DNA of 64,000 bases from an uncultured Planctomycetia bacterium. Lineage in GTDB: Bacteria; Omnitrophota; Gorgyraeia; Duberdicusellales; 4484-171. Position numbers and translations under genes: made by a program. How positions within the stretch are numbered: the stretch's first letter is position 1; every line of letters starts with the position of its first letter. Positions 11,851 to 22,612 of this stretch are shown here, piece after piece. The stretch spans positions 135,020 to 199,019 of the forward strand of contig CAZWON010000001.1 in NCBI GenBank assembly GCA_964635565.1. Reading direction: 5' to 3'. Under the pieces are notes generated by a model. The model was given only the letters and a program-made list of their open reading frames with translations. It made no database searches and had not been told where the DNA came from.

Positions 11851-12161
11851 TGTTGAAGATAAGAAAGGGAGATAGAGTTAAGGTATTAAGAGGTAAAGAT
11901 AGAGGAAAGGTAGGTAGAGTTCTTAAGGTTTTAACTCATAAAAACAGAGTTGTAGTGGAAGGAATAAATATTGTTAAGAAGCATATGCGTAGACGTTCAG
12001 AGGCAGAACCTGGGGGGATAAGAGAGATACCCAGCTCTATTCATATTTCTAATGTTAACCTTTTTTGTCCTAATTGTAATAGAGCAGTAAAATTTGCTAC
12101 GCAGATTTTACCCGATAGGTCAAAAATAAGGATATGTAAAAGATGCAAGAAACAGATTTGA
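11850..12161 (+). CDS. rplX: 50S ribosomal protein L24
   Basis: [18 protein letters not shown] motif; C-terminal CPNC..CKRC. Confidence 0.97.
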   Translation: MLKIRKGDRVKVLRGKDRGKVGRVLKVLTHKNRVVVEGINIVKKHMRRRSEAEPGGIREIPSSIHISNVNLFCPNCNRAVKFATQILPDRSKIRICKRCKKQI

Positions 12162-12712
12162 AAGAAAAGTATATTCCCCGTCTTTTAGTTAGTTATCGAA
12201 AAGAGATTGTGCCAAAGATGAAAGAGAAGTTTGGTTACAAGAATGATTTTGCTGTACCTCGTCTTATAAAAATAGTAGTAAATATGGGTGTGGGAGAAGC
12301 TACCAGTGACTCCAAATTGATAGAAAAATGTTCTTATGATTTAAGTCTTATTACAGGTCAACGTCCGAAAGTAACACGCGCACGTAAACCCATTTCTAAT
12401 TTTAAAATTAGAAAAGGAATGGCTATTGGGTGCTGTGTTACTTTAAGGAGATATCGTATGTATGAGTTTTTAGATAGGCTTATTTCTGTAGCTATACCTC
12501 GAATAAGAGATTTTAGAGGCTTTTCTCTTCATTCATTTGATGGAAGAGGTAATTATACATTTGGGCTTACAGAGCAGACAGTTTTTCCTGAAGTAGACAT
12601 AGATAAGGTAGAAAAGACCCAAGGTATGGATATAACTATCAATACGACTGCTTTAACAGATGAGGAAGCAAGAGAGCTTCTTAGGCTTTTTGGTTTTCCT
12701 TTTAGGAGGTGA
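12143..12712 (+). CDS. rplE: 50S ribosomal protein L5 (start may be TTG 12158)
   Basis: [24 protein letters not shown]. Confidence 0.97.
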   Translation: MQETDLKEKYIPRLLVSYRKEIVPKMKEKFGYKNDFAVPRLIKIVVNMGVGEATSDSKLIEKCSYDLSLITGQRPKVTRARKPISNFKIRKGMAIGCCVTLRRYRMYEFLDRLISVAIPRIRDFRGFSLHSFDGRGNYTFGLTEQTVFPEVDIDKVEKTQGMDITINTTALTDEEARELLRLFGFPFRR

Positions 12713-12713
12713 A

Positions 12714-12908
12714 ATGGCCAGTTTAGCAAAGATAGAGAAGTGGAAGAAAGAAAGAGTAAAGGTTAAATATAAAACTCGCTATAGAAATCGTTGCCGTATT
12801 TGTGGTAGACCCCGGGGTTATATTCGTGACTTTGAACTATGTCGAATATGTTTTCGACAGTTAGCGTGGCAAGGCCTTATACCGGGAGTTAAAAAAGCTA
12901 GTTGGTAA
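12714..12908 (+). CDS. rpsN: 30S ribosomal protein S14, Zn-binding type
   Basis: CRICGRPR...[14 protein letters not shown]; ATG 12714 follows SD AGGAGG. Confidence 0.97.
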   Translation: MASLAKIEKWKKERVKVKYKTRYRNRCRICGRPRGYIRDFELCRICFRQLAWQGLIPGVKKASW

Positions 12909-12924
12909 CTTAAGGGAAGAAGAT

Positions 12925-13320
12925 ATGAGCAGAACAGATTTAGTTAGCGATGCCTTAACAATTGTCCGTAATGCTTATAAAGCTAATAAGGAAGAGGTTC
13001 TTATTCCTTATTCTAATATGTTGGTTGGTATTATGGAGATTTTGAAAAAAGAAGGTTATATAGAGAATTTTAGAGTCATTGAGTTAGGAAAGATAAAAAA
13101 AATAAAAATTTATCTTAAGTATGAAGGAAAAAAAGGAGCTATTTCTAATATTAAAAGAATTTCTAAACCAGGAAGGCGAGTGTATGTTTCTAAAGGAAAG
13201 ATTCCTTGTGTGCTTTCAGGGTATGGGATAGCATTGGTATCCACATCACAGGGAATTATAACGGATAGAGAGGCAAAAGAATTAAGGATCGGAGGAGAAG
13301 TAATTTGTTACGTATGGTGA
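12925..13320 (+). CDS. rpsH: 30S ribosomal protein S8
   Basis: RISKPGRRVY, STSQG, GGEVICYVW. Confidence 0.98.
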   Translation: MSRTDLVSDALTIVRNAYKANKEEVLIPYSNMLVGIMEILKKEGYIENFRVIELGKIKKIKIYLKYEGKKGAISNIKRISKPGRRVYVSKGKIPCVLSGYGIALVSTSQGIITDREAKELRIGGEVICYVW

Positions 13321-13324
13321 TAGA

Positions 13325-13864
13325 ATGTCTAAGATAGGAAAACAGCCCATTACTATTCCTTCAGGAGTTAAAGTAAATATTCAGGATAGAGTTATAACTG
13401 TAGAAGGTCCGAAAGGAAAATTAAATTTTACTTTTTCCCCTTTAGTAGAAGTAAAGGTAGATAATTCTCAGATTATAATAAAGGCTCTTTCTAAAGAGAA
13501 ATTAGGAAAAGCTCTTTTTGGCACTACCAGAGCAGTGATAAATAATATGGTAAAAGGGGTCATTGAAGGTTTTAGAAAAGAATTGGAGATAGTAGGAATA
13601 GGTTATAAGGCCCAGATAAAAGGCAAAAGTTTAGTTTTACAGATTGGTTTTTCTCATCCTGTAGAAATACCCATTCCCTCAGATATTAATGTTTCTGTCC
13701 CTTCGCCTACTAAGATAGTAGTAGAGGGGATTGACAAAGTTAAGGTTGGTCAATTTGCTGTTGATATAAGAAAGATATACCCCCCTGAGCCTTATAAAGG
13801 GAAGGGAATTCGTTACAGTAAAGAAATAGTAAGGAAAAAGTTAGGTAAAACAATGGCTAAATAA
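13325..13864 (+). CDS. rplF: 50S ribosomal protein L6
   Basis: MSKIGK, GFSHP, PEPYKGKGIRY. Confidence 0.98.
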   Translation: MSKIGKQPITIPSGVKVNIQDRVITVEGPKGKLNFTFSPLVEVKVDNSQIIIKALSKEKLGKALFGTTRAVINNMVKGVIEGFRKELEIVGIGYKAQIKGKSLVLQIGFSHPVEIPIPSDINVSVPSPTKIVVEGIDKVKVGQFAVDIRKIYPPEPYKGKGIRYSKEIVRKKLGKTMAK

Positions 13865-13888
13865 TATAGGGATAGGGAGAAGTTAAGA

Positions 13889-14242
13889 GTGAAGTTTAAG
13901 GGAAGAGGCAGAAGACATAAAAGAATAACTAAAAGGATTAAGGGTAACAAGGAGAGACCAAGGCTTGTGGTTTTTAGAAGCAAGAAACATTTTTATGCTC
14001 ACCTGATAGATGATAGTGAAGGGAAGGTGATTACAGGGGTTTCTACATTAAATAGAGAGTTTAAAGAAAAGGGGTTGAAGTCTAATAACAAAGAAGGGGC
14101 AAAAATTTTAGGCGGAATATTTGTGAAAAAATTAGAGGAGTTAGGTATTAAGAAGATTTCTTTTGATCGCGCAGGGTATAAGTATCATGGTAGAGTAAAA
14201 GCTTTTGCCGAAGGGGTAAGAGAGGGAGGAGTTATTTTCTGA
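13889..14242 (+). CDS. rplR: 50S ribosomal protein L18
   Basis: [21 protein letters not shown]. Confidence 0.97.
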   Translation: MKFKGRGRRHKRITKRIKGNKERPRLVVFRSKKHFYAHLIDDSEGKVITGVSTLNREFKEKGLKSNNKEGAKILGGIFVKKLEELGIKKISFDRAGYKYHGRVKAFAEGVREGGVIF

Positions 14243-14709
14243 TGGTGTCACCAGACAAAATAGAGACAAAACAAGAGGAAGCTTTTATAGAAAAGGTTAT
14301 TTTTATTAATCGGGTTACCAAAGTTACCAAGGGAGGTAAGAACCTTGGTTTTACTGCTTTGATCGTTGTGGGTGATGGAATTTCTCGGGTAGGGTTTTCT
14401 TTGGGAAAGGCTAATGAGGTTGCTGATGCTATTCGTAAAGGGATAAAAAAAGCAAAAAAGAATCTTGTTTATATAAGGAAAAAACAAACGACAATTCCTC
14501 ATGAAGTGTATGGGAAGTTTGGCGCAGTAGAAGTGTTTCTTAAACCTGCTCTTAAAGGGACAGGAGTTATTGCTTCCAGTCCTATAAGGGCAATATGTGA
14601 ATGTGTAGGAATAAGAGATATTTTGACAAAAGTATTAAAAAAATCTACCAATCCTATTAATGTAGTTAAAGCAACATTTAATGCTTTAGGTAGTTTAAAA
14701 GGAGATTAA
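14242..14709 (+). CDS. rpsE: 30S ribosomal protein S5
   Basis: [21 protein letters not shown]. Confidence 0.97.
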   Translation: MVSPDKIETKQEEAFIEKVIFINRVTKVTKGGKNLGFTALIVVGDGISRVGFSLGKANEVADAIRKGIKKAKKNLVYIRKKQTTIPHEVYGKFGAVEVFLKPALKGTGVIASSPIRAICECVGIRDILTKVLKKSTNPINVVKATFNALGSLKGD

Positions 14710-15161
14710 TGCAGTTGCACAATTTAAAGATTAAAAATAAGAAGAAAAAACCCAAAAGGGTAGGAAGAGGTTGTGGTAGCGGTCATGGTAAGACATCAGG
14801 CAGAGGGCATAAAGGAGCAGGTCAGAGAAAAGGAAGGGTTCATTACATAGGTTTTGAAGGAGGAAATGTTCCTTATTTGAGAAAAATTCCTAAGAGAGGA
14901 TTTGTGGCAAAGAATCCCAAAGTTTATCAGATTGTGAATTTGCAGAGCATTGTGGAACGTCTGAAGAACAAGAAAGAAATTACTCCTCAGCAGTTAAAAG
15001 AGGTGAATTTAATAGAGAGTATAGATAGACCCGTAAAAATATTGGCAAAATTAAAGGATAATTTAGATTGGCCAGCTACTTTTAAAGCACATAAATTTTC
15101 TAAAAAAGCAGTAAAGATAATTCAAGATAGAGGAGGAAAGATAGAGTGTTTGCCTCATTAA
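14709..15161 (+). CDS. rplO: 50S ribosomal protein L15
   Basis: [30 protein letters not shown]. Confidence 0.97.
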   Translation: MQLHNLKIKNKKKKPKRVGRGCGSGHGKTSGRGHKGAGQRKGRVHYIGFEGGNVPYLRKIPKRGFVAKNPKVYQIVNLQSIVERLKNKKEITPQQLKEVNLIESIDRPVKILAKLKDNLDWPATFKAHKFSKKAVKIIQDRGGKIECLPH

Positions 15162-16501
15162 GAAATATTTTTAGTATTCCTGATCTTAGAAAGAAGGTTT
15201 TAGTTACTCTTTCTTTACTTATAGTTTATAGAATTGGATGTTTTATCCCTACACCTGGTATAGATACATTAGCATTATCTAGGTTTTTTGAAGAACTTAC
15301 CCGTGCCCATGGTCAGACTCTTTTAGGGATGATAAATCTTTTTACTGGCGGAGCATTAAGAAGACTGAGTATTTTTGCTTTAGGAATTATGCCCTATATC
15401 TCTGCTTCTATTATTATGCAGCTTCTTACTGCTGTTATTCCTTCCTTAGAGAGGATTGCAAGGGAGGGGCGTAGCGGATATGAAAAAATTAATCAGTATA
15501 CCCGTTATTTTACTTTGGGTTTATGTTTATTCCAGGGATTTATGCTTGCTAAATGGCTTGAGAATCCTGCCAGTTTCAGAGGGACAGTGATTGTGCCTAA
15601 TCCGGGGATTGGATTTGAGCTTATCACTGTATTTACTTTAGCCTGTGGCACAATATTTATTATGTGGTTGGGAGAGCAAATTCAGGAACGCGGTATAGGT
15701 AATGGGATATCTTTGATTATTGCTACTAGTATTATATCTAGAATCCCCTCTTCATTATATTATCTTTGGGTTCTTTATTCTCCTTTTAATCCTTCAGAAA
15801 GGCAAATTAGCACCGTTGTACTTATTACTCTTCTTGTATTATGGCTTTTGTTGATTGCTTTAGTAGTATTCTTTACCCAAGCTCAACGGCGCATTCCTGT
15901 TCAATATGCAAGAAGAGTTGTAGGTAGGCGTATTTATGGAGGGCAAAGTACTTTTTTACCTATTAGAGTAGATATGGCAGGAGTTATTGCTATAATTTTT
16001 GCTCAGAGTGTCTTGCTTTTTCCTGCTACTATTGCTAATTTTTTTCCTCAGAGTACATCTTTTATGGGGTTTTTACAACGTGTGTTTAGGGCAGGAGGCT
16101 TATGGTATACCATTATTTATGTAGGGTTAATTATCTTCTTTATGTATTTTTATACTGCCATTGTTTTTAATCCTATAGAAATTTCTAATAATTTAAAAAA
16201 ATATGGAGGATTTATTCCTGGGATAAGACCAGGAAAGAATACCGCGGAATACATTGATTTTGTGGCAACAAGAATTGTTTTTGCAGGAGCTTTGTATGTG
16301 GCGACTATTGCAGTTATGCCTTCATTTATTGTAAAGTTTTTTAATATTCCTTCTTATGCTATTGCCTCTTTTTTCGGAGGGACTACAATCTTGATTATGG
16401 TAGGGGTAATTTTAGATACAATGCGTCAGATTGAAGGGCAGCTTCTTATTCGCCATTATGAAGGGTTTATTAAAGGTAAAACATTGAGAGCAAGAAGATG
16501 A
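15146..16501 (+). CDS. secY: Preprotein translocase SecY
   Basis: [36 protein letters not shown]; about 10 TM segments. Confidence 0.98.
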   Translation: MFASLRNIFSIPDLRKKVLVTLSLLIVYRIGCFIPTPGIDTLALSRFFEELTRAHGQTLLGMINLFTGGALRRLSIFALGIMPYISASIIMQLLTAVIPSLERIAREGRSGYEKINQYTRYFTLGLCLFQGFMLAKWLENPASFRGTVIVPNPGIGFELITVFTLACGTIFIMWLGEQIQERGIGNGISLIIATSIISRIPSSLYYLWVLYSPFNPSERQISTVVLITLLVLWLLLIALVVFFTQAQRRIPVQYARRVVGRRIYGGQSTFLPIRVDMAGVIAIIFAQSVLLFPATIANFFPQSTSFMGFLQRVFRAGGLWYTIIYVGLIIFFMYFYTAIVFNPIEISNNLKKYGGFIPGIRPGKNTAEYIDFVATRIVFAGALYVATIAVMPSFIVKFFNIPSYAIASFFGGTTILIMVGVILDTMRQIEGQLLIRHYEGFIKGKTLRARR

Positions 16502-17148
16502 GGATAATTCTTTTGGGAGCACCAGGTAGTGGCAAAGGAACCCAGGCAAAAGAGATTAGTGAGTATTTTAAAGTCAAGAGGATTTCTTTGGGAGATATTT
16601 TAAGAGAAGAAGTTAAGAATAATTCTCTTTTAGGGAATAAGGTTAAGCAGTATATGGAAAAAGGTATTCTCGTCCCTGATGAGATTATGGAAGAGATTAT
16701 TAATGAAAATATTACTGGTGAGGGGTTTGTGCTTGATGGATACCCCCGGAATGTCAAGCAGGCTCGTTACTTGGATAGTATCCTTTTACGCCGCCGAAAA
16801 AAGATTGATGTGGTATTTTATTTAGATGTTGACGAGACAACGGTTCTGAAGAGATTAGAGTTCCGGAGAATTTGTAAAAAATGTGGCGCAAATTACCATC
16901 TTATTAATATGCCTCCTAAAAATGAAGAAGTTTGTGATTTATGCGGAGAAAAGCTTATTCAGAGGAGAGACGATACACCTTCTGTAATAAAAGAACGTTT
17001 AAATGTTTTTTTAAATGAAAGCAAACCTCTTTTACATTTTTATAAAGAAGAAGACAAACTTATAAAGATAGATGCACGGCGTAATAAAGATGAAGTTTTT
17101 AAAGATATAAAATTATTTCTGGAGAATGGAAGATATTTTAAACAATAG
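16498..17148 (+). CDS. adk: Adenylate kinase with Zn-lid
   Basis: GAPGSGKGT, LDGYPR, CKKC...CDLC. Confidence 0.97.
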   Translation: MRIILLGAPGSGKGTQAKEISEYFKVKRISLGDILREEVKNNSLLGNKVKQYMEKGILVPDEIMEEIINENITGEGFVLDGYPRNVKQARYLDSILLRRRKKIDVVFYLDVDETTVLKRLEFRRICKKCGANYHLINMPPKNEEVCDLCGEKLIQRRDDTPSVIKERLNVFLNESKPLLHFYKEEDKLIKIDARRNKDEVFKDIKLFLENGRYFKQ

Positions 17149-17869
17149 AGAAATCATTATGATGAAACGTATAGGTAAAATAGCACGTATATTTTTGCAG
17201 AGGTTAAAAAAGGTAATAAAGGCAGGAATTACCACCAAAGATATAGAGAGGCAATTTGATAGTTTTTTACAGACTTACAGACTTAACAGTGCCTTTAAGG
17301 GATATAATGGATATCCTGCCTCTTTATGTGTTTCTGTTAACGAAGAGATAATTCATGGTATTCCTCAAGAGAATAGAGTAATAAAGGATGGAGATTTGGT
17401 AAGTGTGGATTTAGGGATAGAAAAGGATAGTCTTTTTGTAGACTGTGCTTATACTTACTTAGTAGGAAAGGTTTCTTCTTTTAAAAAAAAATTATTCAAA
17501 GTCGGTCTATGGGCTTTAAGGGAAGGGATAAAAAAGGCTTATATAGGTAATACTACAGGAGATATAGGTTTTGCCATTCAAAAAGTAGTAGAGAGAAACG
17601 GATTTTCTGTAATAAGAAGGTTTGTAGGGCATGGCATTGGGCATAAGTTGCATTGTTATCCTGAGGTTCCTAATTTTGGAGAAAAAAAGACAGGAGCTAC
17701 TCTAAAAGAAGGGATGGTTTTAGCTATTGAGCCTATGATTTCCTCAGGTAGTTATGAGGTAGAAATACTTGATGATGGTTGGACAGCAAAGACAAGAGAT
17801 GGCTCTTTGAGCTGTCACTTTGAGCATACAGTAGCAGTTACAAAGAAAGGACCTCTAATAATTACTTAA
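17126..17869 (+). CDS. map: Methionine aminopeptidase type I
   Basis: [24 protein letters not shown]. Confidence 0.97.
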   Translation: MEDILNNREIIMMKRIGKIARIFLQRLKKVIKAGITTKDIERQFDSFLQTYRLNSAFKGYNGYPASLCVSVNEEIIHGIPQENRVIKDGDLVSVDLGIEKDSLFVDCAYTYLVGKVSSFKKKLFKVGLWALREGIKKAYIGNTTGDIGFAIQKVVERNGFSVIRRFVGHGIGHKLHCYPEVPNFGEKKTGATLKEGMVLAIEPMISSGSYEVEILDDGWTAKTRDGSLSCHFEHTVAVTKKGPLIIT

Positions 17870-17877
17870 TCATATGT

Positions 17878-18096
17878 ATGTCTAAAGAAGAATTAATAGA
17901 AGTAGAGGGAGAAATATTAGAAGCTTTACCTAATGCAATGTTTAGGGTGAAATTGGATAATGGGCATATAGTATTGGCACATGTAAGCGGTAAGATGAGA
18001 ATGCATTTTATAAGGATTCTTCCTGGAGATAGAGTAAAATTAGAGATTTCTCCCTATGACCTTAATCGAGGAAGGATAACCTATCGGTATAAGTAA
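17878..18096 (+). CDS. infA: Translation initiation factor IF-1
   Basis: [18 protein letters not shown]. Confidence 0.98.
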   Translation: MSKEELIEVEGEILEALPNAMFRVKLDNGHIVLAHVSGKMRMHFIRILPGDRVKLEISPYDLNRGRITYRYK

Positions 18097-18105
18097 GAGG
18101 AGGAT

Positions 18106-18219
18106 ATGAAAGTAAAATCATCCGTAAAAAAGATTTGTGATAAGTGTAGGATAGTTAGGCGTAAAGGAATAGTAAGAGTTATTTGCAGAGATCCAAAACA
18201 CAAACAACGGCAAGGATAG
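18106..18219 (+). CDS. rpmJ: 50S ribosomal protein L36 (not in ORF track)
   Basis: Hand translation [37 protein letters not shown]; SD GAGGAGG. Confidence 0.97.
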   Translation: MKVKSSVKKICDKCRIVRRKGIVRVICRDPKHKQRQG

Positions 18220-18305
18220 AGGAAGATAGTTTATTAGGTTGATATAGAAGCAAAGAAAATTTACTTTTTAAAAAGAAAATAAAGCTTATTTATTGAGGAG
18301 GTAAG

Positions 18306-18677
18306 ATGCCAAGAATTTTAGGAGTAGATATTCCTAAGGATAAGAAAGTGAAAATTTCTCTTCGTTATCTTTATGGGATAGGCCCTGCAAATGCGCTAGA
18401 TGTATTAAACGCTACTAATATTGATTCCGAAAAAAAAGCAGGGGATTTAACCGATGATGAAATCGCACGTATGGCTAGTTATATTCAATCGCACTATAAA
18501 ATTGAAGGTGAACTGAGAAGAGAAGTATCTTCAGCGATAAGGAGATTGATTGAAATTGGTTGTTACAGAGGATTAAGGCATAAAAAGAAATTACCTGTAA
18601 GAGGTCAACGCACGCGTTGTAATGCCCGCACGCGAAAAGGTCCTCGTCCGCGAGTAGGAGGAGTTAAGAAAAAATAA
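18306..18677 (+). CDS. rpsM: 30S ribosomal protein S13
   Basis: [18 protein letters not shown]. Confidence 0.98.
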   Translation: MPRILGVDIPKDKKVKISLRYLYGIGPANALDVLNATNIDSEKKAGDLTDDEIARMASYIQSHYKIEGELRREVSSAIRRLIEIGCYRGLRHKKKLPVRGQRTRCNARTRKGPRPRVGGVKKK

Positions 18678-18708
18678 AATTTATTTTGGATTAGAAAAAG
18701 GAGAAAGT

Positions 18709-19101
18709 ATGGTAAAAAGAAAGCGCAGAGAGAAAAAAAAGAAAATTCATCTGACTTCTAATATAGGAGTAGTCCATATAAATGCTACTTTTAATAATAC
18801 TATTATTACTGTTACTGATTTAAAAGGGAATGCTTTAGCATGGTCATCAGGGGGATTGATTGGATTTAAAGGGACTAAAAAATCTACCCCTTATGCTGCT
18901 CAGTTAGCTGCTTTTAATGTAGCTAAGAGAGTAAAAGAGATGGGATTGAGTGAAGTGGAGGTTGTAGTTAAAGGGCCAGGTCCGGGAAGAGAGGCAGCAA
19001 TTCGGTCTTTTCAGAGTGCAGGTTTAAATGTCAAGAGGGTAAAAGATGTTACTCCTTCTCCCCATAACGGCTGTCGGCCAAGGAAGAAAAGAAGAGTGTA
19101 A
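18709..19101 (+). CDS. rpsK: 30S ribosomal protein S11
   Basis: [22 protein letters not shown]. Confidence 0.98.
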   Translation: MVKRKRREKKKKIHLTSNIGVVHINATFNNTIITVTDLKGNALAWSSGGLIGFKGTKKSTPYAAQLAAFNVAKRVKEMGLSEVEVVVKGPGPGREAAIRSFQSAGLNVKRVKDVTPSPHNGCRPRKKRRV

Positions 19102-19126
19102 TAATTAAGAAAGAGAGGGTTTTTGT

Positions 19127-19756
19127 ATGGCAAGGTATATTGAAGCAAGATGTAGATTGTGCCGTAGAGAAGGGATGAAATTATTTTTAAAAGGAGAAAA
19201 GTGTAATACAGAAAAATGCCCCCTTATTAAAAGACCTTATCCGCCTGGTTTTCATGGTAAGCGTCAGTCAAAACCTTCCTATTATGCCTTGCAGTTAAGG
19301 GAAAAGCAAAAGGTGAAAAGAATGTATGGGATTTTGGAAAGACAATTTAGGCGTTTTTTCTCTCAAGCAGCAAAGTCAAAAGGTACAACAGGCGAGACAT
19401 TATTGCAGTTGTTAGAGAGGCGGTTGGATAATGTAGTTTATCGTGCTCTTTTTGCCTTTTCTCGTTCCCAGGCCCGCCAAATTGTTCGCCATGGATATGT
19501 TTTTATAGGAGAAAAGAGGGTAGATATTCCATCTTATTTAGTGGAAGAAGGAACAGTTATTCAGATAAAAGGAAAAGAAAATATGTTAAAGCAGATTCGT
19601 CAGAATATAGAAACAAATTCTAAAGAAAGGAGCAGTCCTTCATGGTTGTCTGTAGACAAGAATAACCTCAAAATAGAGATATTAAGGCTTCCTCAAAGAG
19701 AAGATATTACTATACCTATTAATGAGCAGTTGATTGTAGAGTTATATTCTAAATAA
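19127..19756 (+). CDS. rpsD: 30S ribosomal protein S4
   Basis: CRLCRREG, QLREKQK, LERRLDN, IVELYSK. Confidence 0.98.
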   Translation: MARYIEARCRLCRREGMKLFLKGEKCNTEKCPLIKRPYPPGFHGKRQSKPSYYALQLREKQKVKRMYGILERQFRRFFSQAAKSKGTTGETLLQLLERRLDNVVYRALFAFSRSQARQIVRHGYVFIGEKRVDIPSYLVEEGTVIQIKGKENMLKQIRQNIETNSKERSSPSWLSVDKNNLKIEILRLPQREDITIPINEQLIVELYSK

Positions 19757-19810
19757 TTAATCTCGGATAATAAATTTTAGTATTTATAATGATTATAAGG
19801 AGGTAAAAGT

Positions 19811-20800
19811 ATGGGGATAAAATGGAGAGATTTTCAATTTCCTAAGAAGATTATTATTGAGGAAGACTCTTATACATCTTATTATGGTAAATTTGTTGCT
19901 GAGCCTTTTGAGAGAGGGTATGGAGTGACCCTGGGAAATTCTTTAAGAAGAGTTTTGCTTTCTTCAATAGAAGGGGCAGCGGTAACATCAGTAAGGATTG
20001 AGGGAGTTTCTCATGAATTTTCTGCTTTAGAAGGAGTGTTAGAAGATGTTCCTCAGATAATTCTTAACATAAAGAACATCGTTTTAAAATCATATTCTAA
20101 AGTTCCCAAAAAGATTTATATAAAAGCTCACGGTGAAAAAGAAGTAAGGGCAAAAGATATTATAACCGATGATACTATTGAAGTAGTGAATCCTGATTTA
20201 TATATTGCAACCTTAACTTCAGCCAGCGCCACATTGAATATTGAGATGGATGTAGGCAGGGGAAGAGGTTTTGTGCCAGCAGAGTTTAACAAAAAAGAAG
20301 ATATGCCTGTAGGTTTTATTGCAATAGATTCAATTTTTACTCCTGTAAAGAAGGTTGATTTTAAAGTAGAAAATACAAGGGTAGGAAATAGAACTGATTA
20401 TGACCGCCTCATTATAGAGATATGGACTAATGCCAGTATTGAACCTAAAGAAGCTTTGATTTATGCAGCCAAGATTTTCAGTAAACATTTAGAGTTATTT
20501 TTCTCTTTAGGAGAAATAGCTGAAGAGGAGGAAGTTGAAGAGTTAACCCCTGAGGAAATATCTCTTTATGAGAAACTTAAACTTCCTATCTCTGAGCTGG
20601 AGCTTTCCGTAAGAAGCGCCAATTGTTTAAGGGAAGCAAATATAAAGATCCTTGCCGATTTGGTAGAGAAAAGTGAGAACCAGATGCTTTCCTACCGTAA
20701 TTTTGGAAAAAAATCTTTAGTAGAAATAGTTAATCTTTTGAAAGGGATGGGATTATCATTAGGGATGAAAATTGATAGAAAAAAAATGCATATAGTATGA
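19811..20800 (+). CDS. rpoA: RNA polymerase alpha subunit
   Basis: EPFERGYGVTLGNSLRR, ELSVRSANCL, NFGKKS. Confidence 0.98.
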   Translation: MGIKWRDFQFPKKIIIEEDSYTSYYGKFVAEPFERGYGVTLGNSLRRVLLSSIEGAAVTSVRIEGVSHEFSALEGVLEDVPQIILNIKNIVLKSYSKVPKKIYIKAHGEKEVRAKDIITDDTIEVVNPDLYIATLTSASATLNIEMDVGRGRGFVPAEFNKKEDMPVGFIAIDSIFTPVKKVDFKVENTRVGNRTDYDRLIIEIWTNASIEPKEALIYAAKIFSKHLELFFSLGEIAEEEEVEELTPEEISLYEKLKLPISELELSVRSANCLREANIKILADLVEKSENQMLSYRNFGKKSLVEIVNLLKGMGLSLGMKIDRKKMHIV

Positions 20801-21267
20801 GGCATAGAAAAAAAAGTGAAAAATTTTCTCGTCCCCGTGCTCAGCGGAAGGCACTCTTGAGGAGTCTTTTACGTTCTCTCATCATTTATGAGAGGATAAA
20901 GACTACTTCTTCAAAAGCTAAGGCATTGAGTTCCAGCATAGAAAGACTTATTACCTTAGCAAAAAGAGGAGATTTGCATTCTCGGAGACTTTCTTATCGT
21001 CTTCTAGGTAACCATAGTATTGTTAAAAGGTTATTTGATGAAATAGCTCCTCGCTTTAAGGAGGTGCAAGGTGGGTATACACGTATATTTAATGTAGGTT
21101 ACAGGAAGGGCGATGGTGCACAACTTTCTATAGTGGAATTTAGCCGTCGGAAAGAAAAATTAAAAAAGAAAGAAAAAGCACAAAAGAAAGAAGAATCTTT
21201 ACCTTTTAAGAAAGAAGAGAAAAAAGGTTTTCTTTCAGGTGTTAAAGATATTTTTAAGAAAAAATAG
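20797..21267 (+). CDS. rplQ: 50S ribosomal protein L17 with C-terminal extension
   Basis: MRH, IKTT..KAK, GGYTRI, RKGDGA; about 40-aa Lys-rich tail. Confidence 0.97.
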   Translation: MRHRKKSEKFSRPRAQRKALLRSLLRSLIIYERIKTTSSKAKALSSSIERLITLAKRGDLHSRRLSYRLLGNHSIVKRLFDEIAPRFKEVQGGYTRIFNVGYRKGDGAQLSIVEFSRRKEKLKKKEKAQKKEESLPFKKEEKKGFLSGVKDIFKKK

Positions 21268-21332
21268 AATTTTCTTTGAAAAAATACAATATTTGTTTTC
21301 TTAATTTGTAAGTTTATGCCTTCTTTATATAT

Positions 21333-22592
21333 ATGGGAAAAACTATAATTGAAAAAATCCTCTCCTTACATGCTAAAAAATCACTTAAGGCAGGCGATAT
21401 TGGTATTTGTAAGGTTGATTTTTGTTTTTCCCAAGATGGAACAACATCTTTGGTTTTGGATGCTTTAGATAAATTCCAGAAAAAACTATCCCTCCATCGT
21501 TCTTATACGATGTTCATTGACCATAGTTCTCCTTCTCCTAATATTGGTATTTCTAAAGTCCACACTCGGATGAGAAAATTTTCTTTAGAGAAGAAAAGTA
21601 TTCTTTATGAGGTAGGTTGTGGTATTTCCCATCAACTTATTATTGAGGAAGGCTTTGCTTATCCTGGGGGCCTAATCATAGGAGCAGATTCACATACTTC
21701 CACTGCAGGAGCTTTAGGATGTGCAGCTTTTGGCGTTGGTTCTACAGATTTAGCAGTAAGCATTGTTACGGGAAAAAATTGGTTTAAAGTCCCCCATACT
21801 TATAGGATAATTCTTAAAGGAAAGATTCCTTTTGGTGTGTATAGTAAAGATATTATTCTTTATATAATCCATAAACTTACTGCCCATGGGGCTACTTACA
21901 AAGCAGTAGAATTTGAAGGAGAAGTAATCGATAGTCTGAGTTTAGATGCACGTTTTACTATTACTAATATGACTATTGAGTTTGGAGCAAAGTGTGGTAT
22001 TATTGCTCCTGATGGGAAAATTTTTAGTTTTCTAAAGAGAATAGGAGTAAAAAAAATAAAACCCGTTTATCCTGACAGAGATGCAAAATATGAAAAGACT
22101 TATGAATTTGATATTTCTAAGTTTTCTCCCTATATAGCTAAACCTCACTCTGTAGATAATGGTAGTTATTTAGAGGAAATCGAAGGATTAGATATTGATC
22201 AAGCTTATTTAGGGACTTGCACAAATGGCCGTTTAGAAGACTTAGAAATTGCTGCCAGAATAGTTAGAGGTAAGAAAGTAAATAAAAATGTGCGTTTTAT
22301 TATAGCACCTGCTTCCAAAAAGATATATTCTTCTGCCTTAAAGAAAGGAATACTGAGAGTTTTTTTAGAGGCAGGCGCTATAATCTTGCCACCAGGATGT
22401 GGGCCGTGCGTAGGTACTCATCAAGGAGTGCCTGCAGATAGAGATGTGGTGATTTCTACAGCAAACAGGAATTTTAAAGGAAGAATGGGCAACCCCCATG
22501 CCTTTATTTATTTGGCTTCTCCTGCTACAGTAGCAGCATCTGCCCTTCGAGGTAAGATAACCGACCCACGGAAGTATATTAAAAAAAGATAA
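21333..22592 (+). CDS. LeuC/homoaconitase-family [4Fe-4S] hydro-lyase, large subunit; substrate uncertain
   Basis: DH, GADSHT, GTCTNGR, GCGPC, NRNFKGRMG, LASP. Confidence 0.9.
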   Translation: MGKTIIEKILSLHAKKSLKAGDIGICKVDFCFSQDGTTSLVLDALDKFQKKLSLHRSYTMFIDHSSPSPNIGISKVHTRMRKFSLEKKSILYEVGCGISHQLIIEEGFAYPGGLIIGADSHTSTAGALGCAAFGVGSTDLAVSIVTGKNWFKVPHTYRIILKGKIPFGVYSKDIILYIIHKLTAHGATYKAVEFEGEVIDSLSLDARFTITNMTIEFGAKCGIIAPDGKIFSFLKRIGVKKIKPVYPDRDAKYEKTYEFDISKFSPYIAKPHSVDNGSYLEEIEGLDIDQAYLGTCTNGRLEDLEIAARIVRGKKVNKNVRFIIAPASKKIYSSALKKGILRVFLEAGAIILPPGCGPCVGTHQGVPADRDVVISTANRNFKGRMGNPHAFIYLASPATVAASALRGKITDPRKYIKKR

Positions 22593-22612
22593 TTGTAAAA
22601 AGGGAGGGAATA

